DNA of 63,494 nucleotides, filler included, from Candidatus Babelota bacterium (GTDB lineage Bacteria; JAGOBX01): NCBI GenBank assembly GCA_017999075.1. It is 6 parts of 6 records of this genome, joined end to end, with 100 filler letters (N's around TTAATTAATTAA, not from the genome) between each part and the next. Parts side by side here need not be neighbours in the genome. Positions count along the whole stretch, not along the records: positions 32,010 to 42,485 come from JAGOBX010000083.1; positions 42,586 to 52,999 come from JAGOBX010000084.1; 4 more parts are not named here. One strand, given 5' to 3'. A model generated the notes under the pieces. The model searched no databases. It saw only the letters and a program-made list of their open reading frames with translations, and was not told the DNA's origin. Numbering within the stretch: the first letter of the stretch is position 1; every line of letters begins with the position of its first letter. Shown piece after piece: positions 41,947-51,435 of the stretch. Position numbers and translations under genes: made by a program.

Positions 41947-42485
41947 ACTTTCAAAATATTTTCTGATGAAAATGAAATATCAAATTTTTTAATTTCCTCT
42001 TTTCCTGATAATACGATGTTTTTCGCTGCATGTTGGTTATTTATAATATACATTATTTTTTCAGCCAGTTCTATAACATTGTTTTTTTTTACAAGAATTC
42101 CTGTTTTATTATTTTCAATAAGTTCAGCAAGTCCTTCAATTTCAAATGCTATTACTGGTTTTTCTGCTATCCAGCTTTCTAAAACTACTCTGCCGAAAGC
42201 TTCACGTTCAGAAGGGATAACTATAACATCGAGGTTATCATTAATATATTCAACAATACTTTCAACATAACCCGTGAACTCAAAATATTTTTCAAGATTA
42301 TATTCGGCAATATTTTTTTTTATGTCTCCGAGTACGCTTATTCCAAAGTTATCATTTCCGATAAATTTAAAATTAATGTTTTTGAAATTATATTTATTAA
42401 TTATCAAATCAGCTGCATTTATAAGATATTTATGTCCTTTTTCAGATGTAAACCGTCCTATCAATCCAACGTTATATTTTTTTTG
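41925..42485 (-). CDS. GT4 glycosyltransferase (5'-truncated)
   Basis: GRFTSEKGH, PSEREAFGRVVLES. Confidence 0.88.
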   Translation of the reverse strand, partial: QKKYNVGLIGRFTSEKGHKYLINAADLIINKYNFKNINFKFIGNDNFGISVLGDIKKNIAEYNLEKYFEFTGYVESIVEYINDNLDVIVIPSEREAFGRVVLESWIAEKPVIAFEIEGLAELIENNKTGILVKKNNVIELAEKIMYIINNQHAAKNIVLSGKEEIKKFDISFSSENILKVWEEIII

Positions 42486-42585
42486 NNNNNNNNNNNNNNN
42501 NNNNNNNNNNNNNNNNNNNNNNNNNNNNNTTAATTAATTAANNNNNNNNNNNNNNNNNNNNNNNNNNNNNNNNNNNNNNNNNNNN
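42486..42585. other. Artificial contig spacer
   Basis: N-run/TTAATTAATTAA/N-run. Confidence 0.99.
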
Positions 42586-42637
42586 ATATTATAGGTTCTA
42601 ATAATCAATAAAAAAATTAATTGGAGGTTTGAAAAAA

Positions 42638-45448
42638 ATGGCTAACGCAAAAAGTAAACCCGCTAAATTTGTCTATTTTTTTGGCGGCGGCAAAGCTGAA
42701 GGCGATGGATCTATGAAAGAAACTCTGGGAGGTAAAGGTTCAGGATTGGCTGAAATGGTTAAAATAGGTTTACCTGTTCCCGGCGGTTTTACAATAACTG
42801 TAGATACTTGCGCCGAATATTACAAACTCGGCCGTAAATTTCCGGCCAATTTAGAAAAAGAAATTAAAGAAAATCTTGCTAAACTTGAAAAATTGACTAA
42901 AAAAAAATTGGGAGATCCTAAAGATCCTCTTCTTGTATCGGTCAGGTCAGGCGCGGCGCGTTCAATGCCCGGTATGATGGAAACAATACTTAATCTGGGA
43001 TTGAATGATAAATCTGTTGAAGGTTTAGCCCAAAAAACAAATAATCCCCGTTTTGCTTATGACGGGTACAGAAGATTCATTCAGATGTATTCAACAACAG
43101 CAATGGGATTATCTAAAGAACCAATGGAAGAAATGCTTCATGAAATGAAAAAAAAACTTGGTGTTAAAACAGATCCTGAAATTCCTGCCGAAAATTTAAA
43201 AGAATTATGCGAACAGTTTAAAAATTTTTATAAAAAAAATATGAATGGAAAAGATTTTCCTCAGGATCCTCTTGAACAATTATGGGGAGCTGTAAAAGCA
43301 GTGTTCGGTTCTTGGGAAGCAGAAAAAGCAGTAACTTACAGACGCGTTGAAAAAATTACAGACTTAAAAGGAACCGCTGTAAATGTTCAGCAGATGGTCT
43401 TTGGAAATAAAGGAGACAATTCCGGCACAGGAGTTTGTTTTACACGCGATCCTAACGATGGAAAAAATGAATTCTACGGCGATTATTTAGTTAATGCTCA
43501 GGGGGAAGATGTTGTTGCAGGAATAAGAACTCCTATGAAACTTTCTGAACTTCACAAAAGATTGCCAAAAATTTACAATCAATTAAGCGCAGTGCGCGCA
43601 ATTCTTGAAACTCATTATAAAGAAATGCAGGATCTTGAATTTACTGTTGAAGAAGAAAAATTATATATGCTGCAATGTAGAACAGGCAAACGGACTCCTG
43701 CTGCCGCATTTCAAATTGCTGTGGATCAGGCTACTCTTCCTCTATTATCAAAAAAAGAAGCTGATAATTTGGTTAAAGCAGGATATCTTCCGAAAAGTTA
43801 CGCTGAAAGAGCTGTAAAACCTGTTTTGTCTAAAGAAGAAGCAGTTTTAAGAATTACTGATCAGGATATAGAAAGATTATTCTATCCTGTTATTGATACG
43901 TCAAAAATAAAAATCGATCAATTGAAATCCTTAAAATTAGTTTCAGGAATTAATGCTGTTCCAGGAGCAGCTTCAGGTCAGATAGTGTTTAACGCTGCAG
44001 AAGCGGAAGAATGGGCAGCAAAAGGCAAAAAAGTTATTCTTGTACGTAAAGAAACAAGCCCGGAAGATGTAGGCGGTATGCATGCGTCACAGGGTATATT
44101 AACTGCTACTGGCGGTAAAACAAGCCATGCTGCTGTTGTTGCTCGCGGTTGGGGAAAATGCTGTATAGTCGGATGCGAAGCTTTGAATGTTGATTCTGAA
44201 AAAAAACAAATGACTGTAGGAAATAAAGTTTTAAAACAAGGGGATTTTATCACATTAAATGGTTCTGACGGAGATGTGTTTGTAGGAGAACTTCCTTTAA
44301 AAAAACCTGAACTTCCAAAAGCGTACTATACCCTTATGGGATGGGCAGACAAATTCAGAGTTATTAAAGTAAGAACTAATGCAGATACTCCTTATGATTC
44401 TGAAAATGCTATAAAAATGGGCGCTGAAGGAATTGGATTATGCAGAACTGAACATATGTTTTTTGATACTGAAGAACGCAGATTGGCGATTCAGGAAATG
44501 ATAGTTGCAGAAACTCTTGAAACCCGTAAAAAAGCTTTGGCAAAACTTCTGCCAATTCAAAGAGCAGATTTTGAAGGAATTTTTAAAGCTATGAACGGAA
44601 AACCTGTTACTATAAGATTAATTGATCCGCCGCTTCATGAATTTACTCCTAAAGACGATGCCGGAGTAAAAAAATTGTCTTCTATTACCGGAAAATCATC
44701 TGACTCAATCAAACACCGTTGTGAACAATTACACGAATCAAATCCTATGCTTGGCCATCGTGGATGCAGATTGTGCATAACCTATCCTGAAATTCTTGAA
44801 ATGCAGGTAACCGCTATAATAGAAGCCGCGATTTCATGTGCAAAAAAAGGAATTAAAGTTCTTCCTGAAATAATGATTCCCTTAACTATTGATAAAAAAG
44901 AATTTTCAATACTTGCTGCGCAGGCAAGAAAAATCGCGAACGATTTGATTAAAAAATCAAAATCAAAAGTTTCATATATGGTTGGAACAATGATAGAAAT
45001 TCCGCGGGCAGCTTTGCTTGCTAATGAAATTGCTGAAGATGCTGAATTCTTCAGTTTTGGAACTAACGATTTAACTCAAATGACTCTTGGATTATCACGC
45101 GATGATGCTGGAAGATTTTTACCTGATTATGTACGCAATGAAAAAGAAGGTGGATACGGCATTTTTAAAGATGATCCATTCCAGTCTTTAGACCAGTCCG
45201 GAGTTGGACAACTTGTAAAACTTGGTATTGAACGAGGCAGATCAACTTCTCCTAATTTGAAAGTAGGTATTTGCGGCGAACATGGTGGAGAAGCAAAATC
45301 AGTTGAATTTTGTTGTAAAGTCGGTATGAACTATGTAAGTTGTTCTCCTTATAGAGTTCCTATAGCAAGACTTGCTGCTGCGCAGTTTGCAATAAAAAAT
45401 TGTAACTGCTGCTGTGGAGGAAATAAATCTAAAGCAAAAAAAAAATAA
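42638..45448 (+). CDS. ppdK: Pyruvate phosphate dikinase
   Basis: LGGKG, SVRSGAARSMPGMM, GGKTSHAAVVARG (phospho-His), GIGLCRTEHMF, SFGTNDLTQ, GICGEHGG. GGAGGT RBS precedes ATG 42638. Confidence 0.98.
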   Translation: MANAKSKPAKFVYFFGGGKAEGDGSMKETLGGKGSGLAEMVKIGLPVPGGFTITVDTCAEYYKLGRKFPANLEKEIKENLAKLEKLTKKKLGDPKDPLLVSVRSGAARSMPGMMETILNLGLNDKSVEGLAQKTNNPRFAYDGYRRFIQMYSTTAMGLSKEPMEEMLHEMKKKLGVKTDPEIPAENLKELCEQFKNFYKKNMNGKDFPQDPLEQLWGAVKAVFGSWEAEKAVTYRRVEKITDLKGTAVNVQQMVFGNKGDNSGTGVCFTRDPNDGKNEFYGDYLVNAQGEDVVAGIRTPMKLSELHKRLPKIYNQLSAVRAILETHYKEMQDLEFTVEEEKLYMLQCRTGKRTPAAAFQIAVDQATLPLLSKKEADNLVKAGYLPKSYAERAVKPVLSKEEAVLRITDQDIERLFYPVIDTSKIKIDQLKSLKLVSGINAVPGAASGQIVFNAAEAEEWAAKGKKVILVRKETSPEDVGGMHASQGILTATGGKTSHAAVVARGWGKCCIVGCEALNVDSEKKQMTVGNKVLKQGDFITLNGSDGDVFVGELPLKKPELPKAYYTLMGWADKFRVIKVRTNADTPYDSENAIKMGAEGIGLCRTEHMFFDTEERRLAIQEMIVAETLETRKKALAKLLPIQRADFEGIFKAMNGKPVTIRLIDPPLHEFTPKDDAGVKKLSSITGKSSDSIKHRCEQLHESNPMLGHRGCRLCITYPEILEMQVTAIIEAAISCAKKGIKVLPEIMIPLTIDKKEFSILAAQARKIANDLIKKSKSKVSYMVGTMIEIPRAALLANEIAEDAEFFSFGTNDLTQMTLGLSRDDAGRFLPDYVRNEKEGGYGIFKDDPFQSLDQSGVGQLVKLGIERGRSTSPNLKVGICGEHGGEAKSVEFCCKVGMNYVSCSPYRVPIARLAAAQFAIKNCNCCCGGNKSKAKKK

Positions 45449-45460
45449 AATATACTTTCT

Positions 45461-45563
45461 AAACCTGAAAAATTGTTAGTCCATTTTTCCAGGTTTAACT
45501 ATTTTTTTAAACCCCCGGTTAACTATAAAAAAATATATATTATATAGTTATCGGGGGTTTTTT
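45461..45563 (+). terminator. Tandem hairpins/terminator between convergent ppdK and the peptidase gene
   Basis: First hairpin AAACCTG..CAGGTTT (45461-45496). Second AAACCCCCGG-T-TAACTATA...TATAGTTA-TCGGGGGTTT (45509-45560), followed by a T-run. Confidence 0.75.
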
Positions 45564-45577
45564 ATAAAAAAATAATT

Positions 45578-46975
45578 TTATTTTCTTATAAAATCTTTAA
45601 AATTTATTTCAAACAATTTTAAATCAATTCCTAATATTCTCTTTAAAGATTTTTCAAATGATTCGCCAGAATTCATATTATCAAGAATTTTAACTATCGA
45701 ATAATCACTGCCAAGTTTAGTTATATAATATGCTGCGGCAAATGACTGCATATAAGCCTGAGTAACTTGTTTTTCAGTTTTTAAAATATTCCATGACTGA
45801 TCCAATGAATTAAATGGAATCCATTCATATGAATCAACTGTATCCTTTAAATAATTTCTAATATTATTATTCCATTTTATTGATGGCTCAAATAATTGAG
45901 CAAAACCTTCATTTACCCAAACAGGAAGTTTATTCCCCACCCTTTCAAAAATTAACGCGTGGGTATATTCATGGTATAATAAATTTTTTAAATTTATTTT
46001 ATCCCCTGTTGTAATATCACTTTCTCTAACTCTTATTTTCCCGTCATATAAACCTGCTGACCATTCAACACCTGTAACATTTTTATATTTTTCTTCAGTA
46101 TAAATAATAACAGACAATTTTTTTTTAGAATAAAATCCTATTTTATTTTTTAATGAAGAATATGCTTCGTTTAAAATATTTAATACACTCCATGCAAGTT
46201 CAGTTTTTTCATAACCTTCATATTTAACTGTAAAATGTGAATATTTAGATTTCTTATAATTTTTTTCATTTTTAAAATCATTTTCTGCTTTTTTTAATTT
46301 TATCAATGCAGTATCATTTTCAGGATTTATTTTTACTGATAAAGTATAATATTTAATGGCATTATTCAAATCTTCATCCTCATAATAATATGCATCTCCC
46401 AGAAGTTCCATTGTTAAATCCGAATCAGGATGCCTTTTTAATAATTTCAGAAATATTTTTTTTCTATCGTCTGAAGAAAGTGATAATCCGTATCTTAATT
46501 TGACATTCAATTCAGTTTCTTTTATTTCTTGGTTTAACGGAGACAAACTTAAGGCTATTTCAATTTTTTTCGCAGCTTCTTTGAATTTATTTTTTTCTAA
46601 TAAATGAATGGCATTCTCCTTATAAATTAAAGCTATATTGTCTTTTGTTTCTTCATTGCTGTATATAGAATATGCTTTTTTCGCCCATTTCAATGCATCG
46701 GAAAATTTGGTTTTAGAGCATAAAACATTAGATAATTTAATATAGGCTTTTGCTAAAGACTTTTTATATTTTATTTTTTCAGGATTTAAAAAAACAGCTT
46801 GTTCAAAATAAGTTATAGCTTGTTCAGTTTTGCCTTTCTTTAAAAATTGTCTGCCTTTTTGGAAATATTCGAACGACTTGTCACTCGTTATGCTTATAGA
46901 TTGTGAATATGTATAACATGGAAAAATATACTGGCCTATTATAAAAAAATAAATAAATAAGAAATTTTTTATCAT
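45578..46975 (-). CDS. Exported TPR protein with C-terminal MA-clan (gluzincin-like) metallopeptidase domain
   Basis: Signal-like N-terminus, TPR helices, and LYHEYTH..LPVWVNEGFAQ. Confidence 0.85.
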   Translation of the reverse strand: MIKNFLFIYFFIIGQYIFPCYTYSQSISITSDKSFEYFQKGRQFLKKGKTEQAITYFEQAVFLNPEKIKYKKSLAKAYIKLSNVLCSKTKFSDALKWAKKAYSIYSNEETKDNIALIYKENAIHLLEKNKFKEAAKKIEIALSLSPLNQEIKETELNVKLRYGLSLSSDDRKKIFLKLLKRHPDSDLTMELLGDAYYYEDEDLNNAIKYYTLSVKINPENDTALIKLKKAENDFKNEKNYKKSKYSHFTVKYEGYEKTELAWSVLNILNEAYSSLKNKIGFYSKKKLSVIIYTEEKYKNVTGVEWSAGLYDGKIRVRESDITTGDKINLKNLLYHEYTHALIFERVGNKLPVWVNEGFAQLFEPSIKWNNNIRNYLKDTVDSYEWIPFNSLDQSWNILKTEKQVTQAYMQSFAAAYYITKLGSDYSIVKILDNMNSGESFEKSLKRILGIDLKLFEINFKDFIRK

Positions 46976-46978
46976 ATA

Positions 46979-47437
46979 TCATATTAATTTTTTTATAATC
47001 ATATCTGTTTTTCTATTCATTTCCCTTAATTTTTCAGGCGTTTCATGAGTCATTCCAGTCAAATGAAGCAAACCGTGAATAAACATTCTGAAAAATTCAT
47101 TCTTAAATCCGGTATTATACTGCTTTGATTGAATTTGAATTCTATCCAGTGAAATAACTATTTCCCCAAGCATATTCTTCTTTGTTTCAGGATTAAATTC
47201 ATTTAGTTGAAACGATAAAACATCTGTTGGTTCTTCTTTACTTCTATAACAATGATTCAACTTTGAAATATATCTATCCGAACACAGAATCAGATTTATC
47301 TCACAATTATTAATTTCTAAAATCGCGGTAATAAAATAATATGCATTTTTTAAATCTTTATTTTTTAGATCAAATTCAACGTGACGATATTTATGAATAA
47401 TGTTTATGATATTATCTGACTGAGCGCTGCTATTCAT
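46979..47437 (-). CDS. ybeY: rRNA maturation endoribonuclease YbeY
   Basis: LN..YR, PTDVLSF, LGEIVIS, HGLLHLTGMTH. ATG at 47437 overlaps the upstream stop. Confidence 0.9.
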   Translation of the reverse strand: MNSSAQSDNIINIIHKYRHVEFDLKNKDLKNAYYFITAILEINNCEINLILCSDRYISKLNHCYRSKEEPTDVLSFQLNEFNPETKKNMLGEIVISLDRIQIQSKQYNTGFKNEFFRMFIHGLLHLTGMTHETPEKLREMNRKTDMIIKKLI

Positions 47438-49589
47438 TTTTTTTCTTTGATAATTCTTCATTATCTTTAATCTCTTTTTCATCCGGGTATTCAATCCTTG
47501 TATGATACATAGTCGTCAATATTTTTATAAAAGTTTCTGAAATAACCTTTATTTCTTTCAAAGTCAGTTCGCTGTTATCCAAATCCCCGTCATTTATTTT
47601 CTTTTTTATGGCATTGTTTACCATATCAGAAATTCTGGCAGGAGTAGGATTTTTCAAAGTTCTTGTCATTGCTTCAATAGTATCAGCCATTGATAAAATG
47701 GCCGATTCTTTAAAGTTAGGAGTAGGACCAGGATACCTGTAATCGCTTTCACTAACAGGTTCACCTGATTTCAAAGCAGAATTATAAAAATATATCATCA
47801 AAGACTTTCCGTGATGCTGCTGAATCATATCTTTAATAGATTTGGGTAATTTCCATTTATCTGCAAGTTCAAGACCCTGTTTAACATGAGCTTTCAAAAC
47901 AGAGTTACTTAAACTTGGTTTAATATAGTTATGTGGGTTTTCCATATAATTCTGATTTTCAATAAAATAATTAGGCTTAACCATCTTCCCTATATCATGA
48001 TAATAAGCTCCGACTCTGGCAAGAAGCGGATTAGCTCCTATAGCCTGCGCAGCTGATTCCGACAGATTTGCAAGAGTTAAACTATGCTGATATGTCCCCG
48101 GCGCTTTTGTTGCAAGCTCTTTCAGCAAAGGATGACTTATATCAGCAAGTTCCATTAGTCTGTAATCAGTCGTCAAATTAAATAAACTTTCAAAAATAGG
48201 CATAAAACCCGTTACAAAACTTGGTGTAAGCAAAAGTCCCTTTACAAAAATTATTATATAAGCAACAAAAGAAATATCCAAATGAGTATTAAATATATGA
48301 GAATACAATTTTTCGGTAATAAATAAAAACACTATATTCGACACTGAAATAAAAAAACCTGATTTTAAAAGATTTGTCCTGCGCTTTGCCTGTGACATAA
48401 AAAAAACACCGGTCATACTACTGAAAAATATAGTAAATCCAAGCAGAAAAGAGTATCCTGAATCTGAAAATAATGTATTAACCGAATATACTGAATATAC
48501 AAGAGAAGATATGAACGCAGTCAATAACGCTACTATTATCCCTGTTCTATTAAAAAGCATCATTACTGATAATATAGCTGATGATTCAATTGGTATTAAA
48601 AATATATACGTGAATAATTTATCTGCAAATAACGATGAATTAATAAGCACTAAATAAATTTTCAACAAAAAAGCTGGAATAATAAGCAGAATAAAAAATA
48701 CTGTATAATTACTGATATTTCTTTTGAAATTAGAAATAAAAAAATGAAAATAATAATTACTGAAAATAAATAAAACTATAAAAGTAAAAAATAACAGAAT
48801 CACTAAATATATATCTGTATTCCATTTATAAGTGCTTATATTTTTTAATATCTCGACTTTATCTTTAGTTATAAGTTCACCCTTCTTTATAAGAGTTTCT
48901 CCTTTCAATACTTTACGTTTTGCCGGAGTTATTGAACGGATTATTTTATTATATTCATCAAGCATCGCAACATTGTCAATTACTATATTAGGTCTTACAA
49001 AGTTAGTTAAAACTAAAATTAAATTTTCCGCATAATTGTTATCGATATTTGAATTTAATTTTATAAACTTTGATAATCCATCTTCCCCTATAATTATGTT
49101 ATTCTGATAATTTTTCAAACTATCCCCTGATTTCTCAATTGAATGAATAACATTATTTCTTTTAGAAATTACTGATATCCCGTTTTTATATTCTTTTTCG
49201 TCAAATTGGATTTCTTTGTATCCGATATCAAATATTTTTCTTATAAGTCTGTTTGATTCTTTTATAAAATCAAACTTGTCTTTAATCTTATCTGATACAT
49301 TTAATTTTATTAAAATAGTATCATCAACAATCGGAGCAACATCTTCCATCTTATATATGACTTTCATGTCTTTATATATATCTGCTTGCTGTTTTTGAAG
49401 TGAAAGATTGTCAGATATCTCAAAATTTTTCGGAGAAACTATATCCGAAGCTGCTGTTATACCTTCAATTATTTGTTGACTTTTATATATTTTTGGAGAA
49501 CATATTAAAGTCAATATCACTATTGAAACAAAATATATTATAAATTTAATAAACCTTGATTTACCGTCTTCGTTATTAAAAAATGACAT
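47430..49589 (-). CDS. 7TM-HD phosphohydrolase (PgpH/YqfF-like, putative c-di-AMP phosphodiesterase)
   Basis: Extracytoplasmic domain, 7 TM segments, APGTYQHS, YYHDIGK, QHHG, YPGPTP, MADTIEA; upstream of ybeY as is usual for this family. Confidence 0.9.
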   Translation of the reverse strand: MSFFNNEDGKSRFIKFIIYFVSIVILTLICSPKIYKSQQIIEGITAASDIVSPKNFEISDNLSLQKQQADIYKDMKVIYKMEDVAPIVDDTILIKLNVSDKIKDKFDFIKESNRLIRKIFDIGYKEIQFDEKEYKNGISVISKRNNVIHSIEKSGDSLKNYQNNIIIGEDGLSKFIKLNSNIDNNYAENLILVLTNFVRPNIVIDNVAMLDEYNKIIRSITPAKRKVLKGETLIKKGELITKDKVEILKNISTYKWNTDIYLVILLFFTFIVLFIFSNYYFHFFISNFKRNISNYTVFFILLIIPAFLLKIYLVLINSSLFADKLFTYIFLIPIESSAILSVMMLFNRTGIIVALLTAFISSLVYSVYSVNTLFSDSGYSFLLGFTIFFSSMTGVFFMSQAKRRTNLLKSGFFISVSNIVFLFITEKLYSHIFNTHLDISFVAYIIIFVKGLLLTPSFVTGFMPIFESLFNLTTDYRLMELADISHPLLKELATKAPGTYQHSLTLANLSESAAQAIGANPLLARVGAYYHDIGKMVKPNYFIENQNYMENPHNYIKPSLSNSVLKAHVKQGLELADKWKLPKSIKDMIQQHHGKSLMIYFYNSALKSGEPVSESDYRYPGPTPNFKESAILSMADTIEAMTRTLKNPTPARISDMVNNAIKKKINDGDLDNSELTLKEIKVISETFIKILTTMYHTRIEYPDEKEIKDNEELSKKKNE

Positions 49590-49660
49590 TCATTTATCCC
49601 AATTTTATTTCAAAAAATTAAATTAATTAAAAAATACTATCTCGATTTTTTTAATTATTT

Positions 49661-49689
49661 ATTATATTTGCCGAAGAATCATTTGTCAA
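49661..49689 (-). promoter_or_regulatory. Consensus sigma70 promoter of the HD-protein/ybeY/peptidase operon
   Basis: Minus strand reads TTGACA-AATGATTCTTCGGCAAA (17 nt)-TATAAT, a perfect consensus, about 70 nt upstream of ATG 49589. Confidence 0.85.
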
Positions 49690-49871
49690 GATTAAGTTAA
49701 ATTTCAGGGGTTATTGTGCATTTAAATATTTTCTGTTTTTTTATTGTAATTTGAAGGATTTATTGATAAAATATATATTTATAACTTGAATTAAAAATAT
49801 TTCAACTCATTATTTTTGATTGATTTGCAAAAATATATCTTAAAATTTTTTTACTTAATTGGTAATCGGAA

Positions 49872-50423
49872 ATGCCTGAAATACTGGATCATTATTTTGA
49901 ATTGGAGAATGTGGGTAAAATAAAACTTACTTTTCATGAAAATCAAAATAAACTAAAATTAAAAAGAATTTATCTCCCGGGATCTTTTAAATATATAGAA
50001 TCATATTATAATAATTTCCACACATATACAACAAATAAAATCAAACAAAATTCCGGAAAACAAACAATTAATATTATAAAAAAATATATAATTTATGCAA
50101 ATGCAGGGATTAATCAAAAAATAAATTTTACACTATTTGATTTTTCAGGATTAACAGATTTCCAAAAAAAAATCCTGTTCACATTGTTTAAAAAAATTAA
50201 AAGAGGGGATACCGTATCCTACAAAAAATTAGGAGACATAGCAGGATTTAAAAATACGGCAAGAGCAGTAGGAAACTCTATGGCTAAAAATCCATTTCCA
50301 ATAATTTTTCCATGTCATAGAGTTATATGCTCTAATGGTACAATTGGTAATTTTCAAGGAAATCAATTTTTAAAAAATATTTTGTTGAATATAGAAAAAA
50401 ATATTTACCGGAAAAAAAATTAA
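49872..50423 (+). CDS. ogt: Methylated-DNA-protein-cysteine S-methyltransferase
   Basis: TDFQ, SYKKL, ARAVG, NPFPIIFPCHRV. Confidence 0.9.
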   Translation: MPEILDHYFELENVGKIKLTFHENQNKLKLKRIYLPGSFKYIESYYNNFHTYTTNKIKQNSGKQTINIIKKYIIYANAGINQKINFTLFDFSGLTDFQKKILFTLFKKIKRGDTVSYKKLGDIAGFKNTARAVGNSMAKNPFPIIFPCHRVICSNGTIGNFQGNQFLKNILLNIEKNIYRKKN

Positions 50424-50511
50424 ACAAATGATTTTTTTTAATTACTGGATATAATGTTATTATTTTAAAGCATATTTTTTTAATTTTGGTGCACTTAAAA
50501 CTCAAAGAAAA

Positions 50512-51435
50512 CTAATTTAACTCGATTTCTTTTACTTTTTTCTGCCATTCTATAAAACGTTCTTTTTCTTCCTTTTTTAATCTTATTTCATTTATATCTG
50601 ATTCAGAATATGGTGGATAAACAGGTATTCTCAAATTTATCGAAGCTATAAAAGATGATCCTCCTTTGTATTCAAAACCAGATTCATCTCTATATCCTTT
50701 TGTCGTGATATAAGTCAAAGCAAGGGTCGGAACAAATTTTTTTATTCTGAAATTTACAATTAAAGGATTCTGTTCTGAATCAAAAGGTTTCAAAATTTCA
50801 AAATACATTCTGAACTTATTCAAATTCAAATCTATTCCGGTAAATAAAATATTAGCATCAGAAGGATAATAATACGGTGCTATGTTGCTTAACATTTTAG
50901 AATAATCTCCAAAAATATAACCGCAAACTATTCGCGTATTGTCATTTATTATGGTTTTACCTAAACTTGCATATACTCCATAAGCAGTTGAAGGTCTTGT
51001 AATATCTTTATAATTAAGTTCTGCATTTATTTTATTGCCCAAATCTATTGCAAGCGAATATAATGCTCCAACAGACAAAACTGGAAGTTTTGGTTTTTCC
51101 TGATTTATCGTATATTTTCCTGTTACTGACACCAAAGACATTAAAATAGGGTTAGTGTATTCCTGTTTGTCAGATCCTTTCCTTGTACCGGTTATTTCTC
51201 CGATAACATTAAACAAACTAAAATCAGCACTTAATCCTTTAGTTTTATCTTGCTTATACGGAGTCGGCATTAGTATAATCGCAGTAATATTGTTATCAAG
51301 TTCATTTTCTTTTTCACCGAGTTTGTCTGCATCTATCATAGAAACAGAGGAACTCGCGGCAAGTCCAAAACTATCTTCTGAATACATAATAATAAAAATT
51401 GATAGAATTGTTATTATTACAAAAATTTTATTCAT
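50512..51435 (-). CDS. Hypothetical exported protein
   Basis: 307-aa ORF with a signal-peptide-like N-terminus; overlaps the PIN/TRAM stop by 4 nt. No motif recognised. Confidence 0.6.
   Translation of the reverse strand: MNKIFVIITILSIFIIMYSEDSFGLAASSSVSMIDADKLGEKENELDNNITAIILMPTPYKQDKTKGLSADFSLFNVIGEITGTRKGSDKQEYTNPILMSLVSVTGKYTINQEKPKLPVLSVGALYSLAIDLGNKINAELNYKDITRPSTAYGVYASLGKTIINDNTRIVCGYIFGDYSKMLSNIAPYYYPSDANILFTGIDLNLNKFRMYFEILKPFDSEQNPLIVNFRIKKFVPTLALTYITTKGYRDESGFEYKGGSSFIASINLRIPVYPPYSESDINEIRLKKEEKERFIEWQKKVKEIELN

Noticed and set aside
47045-47080. YbeY metal motif variant HGLLHLTGMTH instead of HGxLHLxGYDH
   Set aside because: All three His ligands are retained; the substitution alone does not indicate altered function.
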